Origin: an uncultured Alphaproteobacteria bacterium
GTDB taxonomy: Bacteria; Pseudomonadota; Alphaproteobacteria; CAAHEQ01; UBA3637
Reading direction: 5' to 3'
Length of the DNA: 64,000 nt
Assembly: GCA_949292205.1 (NCBI GenBank)
Contig: CASEYR010000008.1
Span: 14,382 to 78,381, forward strand
Translations under genes and position numbers: made by a program
Part shown: piece by piece, positions 60,366 through 64,000 of the stretch
How the letters are laid out: the number at the start of each line of letters is the position of its first letter
Numbering within the stretch: position 1 is the first letter of the stretch
The notes under the pieces: generated by a model
Databases searched by the model: none
Told to the model about the DNA's origin: nothing
The model's input: only the letters and a program-made list of their open reading frames with translations

Positions 60366-61480
60366 TTTTGATTTCCTTTTACAATATCCCATACAATATC
60401 AGCCATTTTATCTGCTGCATCTGTTCGACTCAGCTCACTTGCCCGAGTAGCCGCTTCATGTAGCAATCCCGGATTTCGAATCAGCTGAGCCAATCTTTTA
60501 GCAAACATCTTTGGATCAAAATCCGCCTCAATTGTCATCCAACCGGCACCGGCATCACTGAATAATCTGGCATTTTCCGCCTGATGATTGTCTGCCGCCG
60601 ACGGCAAAGGAATAATCAACCCCGGTCGCCCGATAATCATAAGCTCTGTCAAAGTTGAAGCCCCCCCGCGACCAATAACCAAATGACTTTTTTTCAAGAG
60701 CTCCGGCATATTCTGAAAAAAGCTGGACAAAGTGACTTTTTTAAATCCAGCATTATCATAGAATGAATGAGCCGTATCCATATCTTCGGCGCGAACTTGT
60801 TGAGTCAATTCAATCTGAGCGCGCATATCATCGGGTAAAGCCAATAATGCTTCCGGCAACCGTGTACTAAAGAACCGAGCCCCTTGACTGCCCCCAAAAA
60901 TCAACAATCTAAAAACATTTTTAACGGTTGGATAAGCCGTTTTACCGCAATCTAGAATAGCGGGGCGAGCCGGCAACCCGACCTGAACCTGTGGCACATC
61001 TGACGGCACACGCAATGTCGGTTGAAAAGACGTTGCAATTAACCGAGCGCCTTTAGCCAACATCCGATTAGCTCTTCCCAAAACAGCGTTTTGTTCATGT
61101 AAAACAACCGGTATCCTAGCCAAATGACCGGCCATTACCGCCGGAATAGAGGCATATCCGCCGACACCCACGATTGCTGCCGGCTTTAGTTTATACATCA
61201 AGAAAACAGCTTGAACCGTGCCGATATATAGCTTGAAAGCCGCCCAAATTTTACGTAAAAAAGAACGACCGCTCACCGATTCAGCCATCAGACGATAAAC
61301 TTGAACACCTTTTAAGCCTTGAAAAGCCTGACCTCGTTTATCCGTCACGAAAGCAACCTCAATTCCCTTTTTAACCAAAGCGGCCGAAATAGCCTCAGCA
61401 GGAAAAATATGACCACCGCTTCCACCCGTTGTCACAATAACCAGCGTTTTTTGTTTATGCGTTATTTCTTTTTTACTCAT
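60362..61480 (-). CDS. murG: Lipid II GlcNAc transferase MurG
   Basis: GGSGGHIFPA, GGYAS, HEQN...GRAN, GGSQGA, R.GAST..E, HQ..NA. Confidence 0.97.
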   Translation of the reverse strand: MSKKEITHKQKTLVIVTTGGSGGHIFPAEAISAALVKKGIEVAFVTDKRGQAFQGLKGVQVYRLMAESVSGRSFLRKIWAAFKLYIGTVQAVFLMYKLKPAAIVGVGGYASIPAVMAGHLARIPVVLHEQNAVLGRANRMLAKGARLIATSFQPTLRVPSDVPQVQVGLPARPAILDCGKTAYPTVKNVFRLLIFGGSQGARFFSTRLPEALLALPDDMRAQIELTQQVRAEDMDTAHSFYDNAGFKKVTLSSFFQNMPELLKKSHLVIGRGGASTLTELMIIGRPGLIIPLPSAADNHQAENARLFSDAGAGWMTIEADFDPKMFAKRLAQLIRNPGLLHEAATRASELSRTDAADKMADIVWDIVKGNQK

Positions 61481-62605
61481 TTATTCCAATCCTCTACTAA
61501 GAGTTCGGCTGTGAATCAGTCCCAAGATAACTCCAAAGGCAAAACCGATGGAAACCAACGACGACCCGCCATAGGATATGAATGGCAGAGTCATTCCCTT
61601 TGTGGGCAACAAATTCAACGTTGAACCCATGTTTACAATAGCCTGAAAAGCAATTTGTGTCAATAATCCGCCGACTGCGATTTGGCAGAAATAATTATTT
61701 TCCTGTCGAATTAACCAAAAACCACGCAACAAAATAAAAGCAAACACACATACCAACGCCGCCGTCAAAATGAACCCAAATTCTTCGGCCGAAACAGCCA
61801 AAATAAAATCGGTATGAGCATCCGGTAATTCATACTTGACAACACCTTCCCCCGGACCTTTTCCGAACCAACCGGCATTTTGTAATGTTTCCAAAGACTT
61901 TTCAACTTGATAAGCTTCACCTGCTTGTGGATTTAAGAAGCGTTCAATCCGCGCATGTACGTGATCAAAACAAAAATAAGCTATTGGAATCAATCCGGCA
62001 AATGCAACACCTAAAATCGAAACAACAACCATCGGTATCCCTGATAAAAGCAGTTGAGCACCAAAAATAGCACTAACCGTCAACAACATACCAATATCCG
62101 GTTGAAAAAACAACAAAAGAGCAATGATAGTATACAAAACGATTGCCAACAAATATCCCGGAAACTTTTTAATCAATCTGCCCGAAGCCAACAACCAAGC
62201 ACAAACAACGGCAAACGCCGGCTTAACAAACTCGGACGGTTGAAGACCGATGCCAAAAACATTAATCCAGCGTTTAGCACCTTTAATTTCAGTTCCCAAA
62301 AACAGAACAAAAATCATACATACGATGGCTCCGATTAAGACAAGACCGGACAATCGCCTAATCTGCTGAACGGATAACATAGATGTTCCGATTAAAACGA
62401 CTATTGTCGGCACAATAAATATAAACTGACGATAAATAAAGTGGAACGAGCTGATATCATTTCGTTCTGCCACGGCTGGACTGGCCGCCAATGTCAAAAA
62501 GACGCCAAACAAAATCAAGATAAAAGCACTATATAAAATAGACTTATCCAGATTTCGATAGCGGTTGATAAAGAATGTTTGAAATTTAACCAAAAGTGCT
62601 TTCAT
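61481..62605 (-). CDS. ftsW: Peptidoglycan polymerase FtsW
   Basis: KGAKRWI, QPSEFVKP, QPD.G, LPDAHTDFI, PTKGMTLPFISYGGSS; start moved to ATG 62605. Confidence 0.96.
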   Translation of the reverse strand: MKALLVKFQTFFINRYRNLDKSILYSAFILILFGVFLTLAASPAVAERNDISSFHFIYRQFIFIVPTIVVLIGTSMLSVQQIRRLSGLVLIGAIVCMIFVLFLGTEIKGAKRWINVFGIGLQPSEFVKPAFAVVCAWLLASGRLIKKFPGYLLAIVLYTIIALLLFFQPDIGMLLTVSAIFGAQLLLSGIPMVVVSILGVAFAGLIPIAYFCFDHVHARIERFLNPQAGEAYQVEKSLETLQNAGWFGKGPGEGVVKYELPDAHTDFILAVSAEEFGFILTAALVCVFAFILLRGFWLIRQENNYFCQIAVGGLLTQIAFQAIVNMGSTLNLLPTKGMTLPFISYGGSSLVSIGFAFGVILGLIHSRTLSRGLE

Positions 62606-62607
62606 AT

Positions 62608-63690
62608 CTACCTCAATTTTAAAGTGGCTAAAGCAAACAAGGCCAACAGAATAGACACAATCCAAAAGCGAACAACGACGGTCGTTTCTGACCATCCTTT
62701 CTTTTCAAAGTGATGATGAATCGGTGCCATCAGAAACACTCTTTTTCCTGTCAGTTTATATGAGCCGACTTGAATAATATCGGACAAAGCCTCGACAACG
62801 AAGACACCACCGGCGATTGCCAGAACAAGCTCATGTTTTGTTGCCACGGCCAAAGCGCCCAAAGCACCCCCCAAAGCCAACGAACCGGTATCCCCCATAA
62901 AAACCTGAGCCGGATGAGCATTATACCACAAAAAGCCCAGAGTTCCCCCAATCAGAGCCCCCCCGAAGACCGCCAATTCACCGGCTTGTTTGACATGATA
63001 GATTTGAAGATATGTTGCATAATCGGCGCGTCCCACCACATAAGCAATAATAACAAAAACCAGCGTTGCCATAATAACGGGAATACTGACAAGCCCATCC
63101 AATCCATCTGTCAAATTAACGGCGTTAGCCGTTCCAACCATTACGACTAAAACGAACGGTATATAAAACCACCCGATATCAATTAAGATATTCTTAAAGA
63201 ACGGAATAGTCAGAGTTGTGGCCATAGAGCCTTGTTCTAAACAGATCATAATCACACAAGCCAACAAGCTAATAAAAAACTCAATTCCCAATCTTTTTTT
63301 ACCTGAAATACCGGCCGTATTATGCTTTGTTAATTTTAAATAATCATCAGCAAAACCAACGGCACCAAATCCCAAAAAGACAAACAATAATACCCAAACA
63401 TACGGATTTGTCGGGATAGCCCACAAAAGCGTTGAGATAGATCCTGCCGCCACGATTAGCAAACCACCCATTGTCGGCGTTCCTTTTTTACTCAAGTGTG
63501 TTTGAGGACCATCTGCCCGAATTGGTTGTCCCTCCCCTTGTTTTCGTTTTAACCACGCAATAAAGGCAGGTCCACAAAATAATACGATTAAAAAAGCCGT
63601 AATTAAAGCACCACCGGTCCGAAATGTAATATATCTAAACAGATTAAGTGGTGTTAACCAATTGCTTAAAAATGAAAGCCAGTATAACAT
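62608..63690 (-). CDS. mraY: Phospho-N-acetylmuramoyl-pentapeptide transferase
   Basis: [43 protein letters not shown]. Confidence 0.98.
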   Translation of the reverse strand: MLYWLSFLSNWLTPLNLFRYITFRTGGALITAFLIVLFCGPAFIAWLKRKQGEGQPIRADGPQTHLSKKGTPTMGGLLIVAAGSISTLLWAIPTNPYVWVLLFVFLGFGAVGFADDYLKLTKHNTAGISGKKRLGIEFFISLLACVIMICLEQGSMATTLTIPFFKNILIDIGWFYIPFVLVVMVGTANAVNLTDGLDGLVSIPVIMATLVFVIIAYVVGRADYATYLQIYHVKQAGELAVFGGALIGGTLGFLWYNAHPAQVFMGDTGSLALGGALGALAVATKHELVLAIAGGVFVVEALSDIIQVGSYKLTGKRVFLMAPIHHHFEKKGWSETTVVVRFWIVSILLALFALATLKLR

Positions 63691-64000
63691 TTATTTTTTA
63701 ACTCCTTTTAAGGCTTCAACAATAAGATTCATCTTAGAACCGTGTGATGATTTTACCAAAACAATATCACCATCTTGCAACTCTTTTTTCAAGATAGGAA
63801 TCAAATCAACGGAATCCTGTGTAGTTCCTCCCTGCATATACGTCGGCAAAATAGAAAAGAGGGATTGCATTAACTCTCCTGCCGTATAAACTTTATCAAT
63901 ACCGGCTTCTGTTAAAACAGGCATCAAAGCTTGATGCATCTCGACGGATTCTTTCCCCAACTCTAACATATCACCCAAAACAGCGATTTTACGTCCTCCT
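63691..64000 (-). CDS. murF: UDP-MurNAc-tripeptide--D-Ala-D-Ala ligase, 3' part (truncated by window end)
   Basis: AVLGDMLELG...H, GD.VLVKSS; directly upstream of mraY. Confidence 0.92.
   Translation of the reverse strand, partial: GGRKIAVLGDMLELGKESVEMHQALMPVLTEAGIDKVYTAGELMQSLFSILPTYMQGGTTQDSVDLIPILKKELQDGDIVLVKSSHGSKMNLIVEALKGVKK

Overview
A chromosomal, mostly housekeeping window. It most likely comes from an AT-rich alphaproteobacterium: GAF-PtsP, short HprK-EIIA(Man)-HPr, divergent DUF177/bamE, an alpha-type XRE regulator, long-linker FtsZ and yidC-engB order all point that way. An uncultured host- or gut-associated lineage is inference only. Core content: recG, argS, uvrA, dut, ettA, rpmH-rnpA-yidD-yidC-engB-mnmE-mnmG, ptsP, dapF, lysS, a SUF operon, pyk, rsmB, the dcw cluster (murF' to ftsZ, without murD) and three tRNAs (Asp-GUC, Glu-UUC, Arg-CCU). 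rpmH (21731-21865) was missed by the ORF track. I saw no integrase, IS, prophage or CRISPR array. The best candidate for an undescribed system is a compact four-gene export operon at 32268-37416 with its own promoter and terminator. It encodes a type IV pilin-like protein with a long Cys-rich repeat tail, a 36-Cys secreted protein, an orphan secreted protein and a mucin-like Cys/Ser-Thr-Pro protein frameshifted inside its 39-nt tandem repeat. A second Cys-rich pilin-like gene at 50857-52020 has a prepilin leader with no canonical start codon. Other oddities: a uridyltransferase-only GlmU next to an atypical sugar kinase; a degenerate PAS-GGDEF protein with an intact RxxD site leading an epimerase-pyk operon; a MazG-like gene between sufB and sufC; a toxin-like HNH gene after recG; a structured rpmH leader; and Arg/Lys-rich C-terminal tails on several accessory proteins. 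All calls come from motif recognition by eye; no database searches were run.
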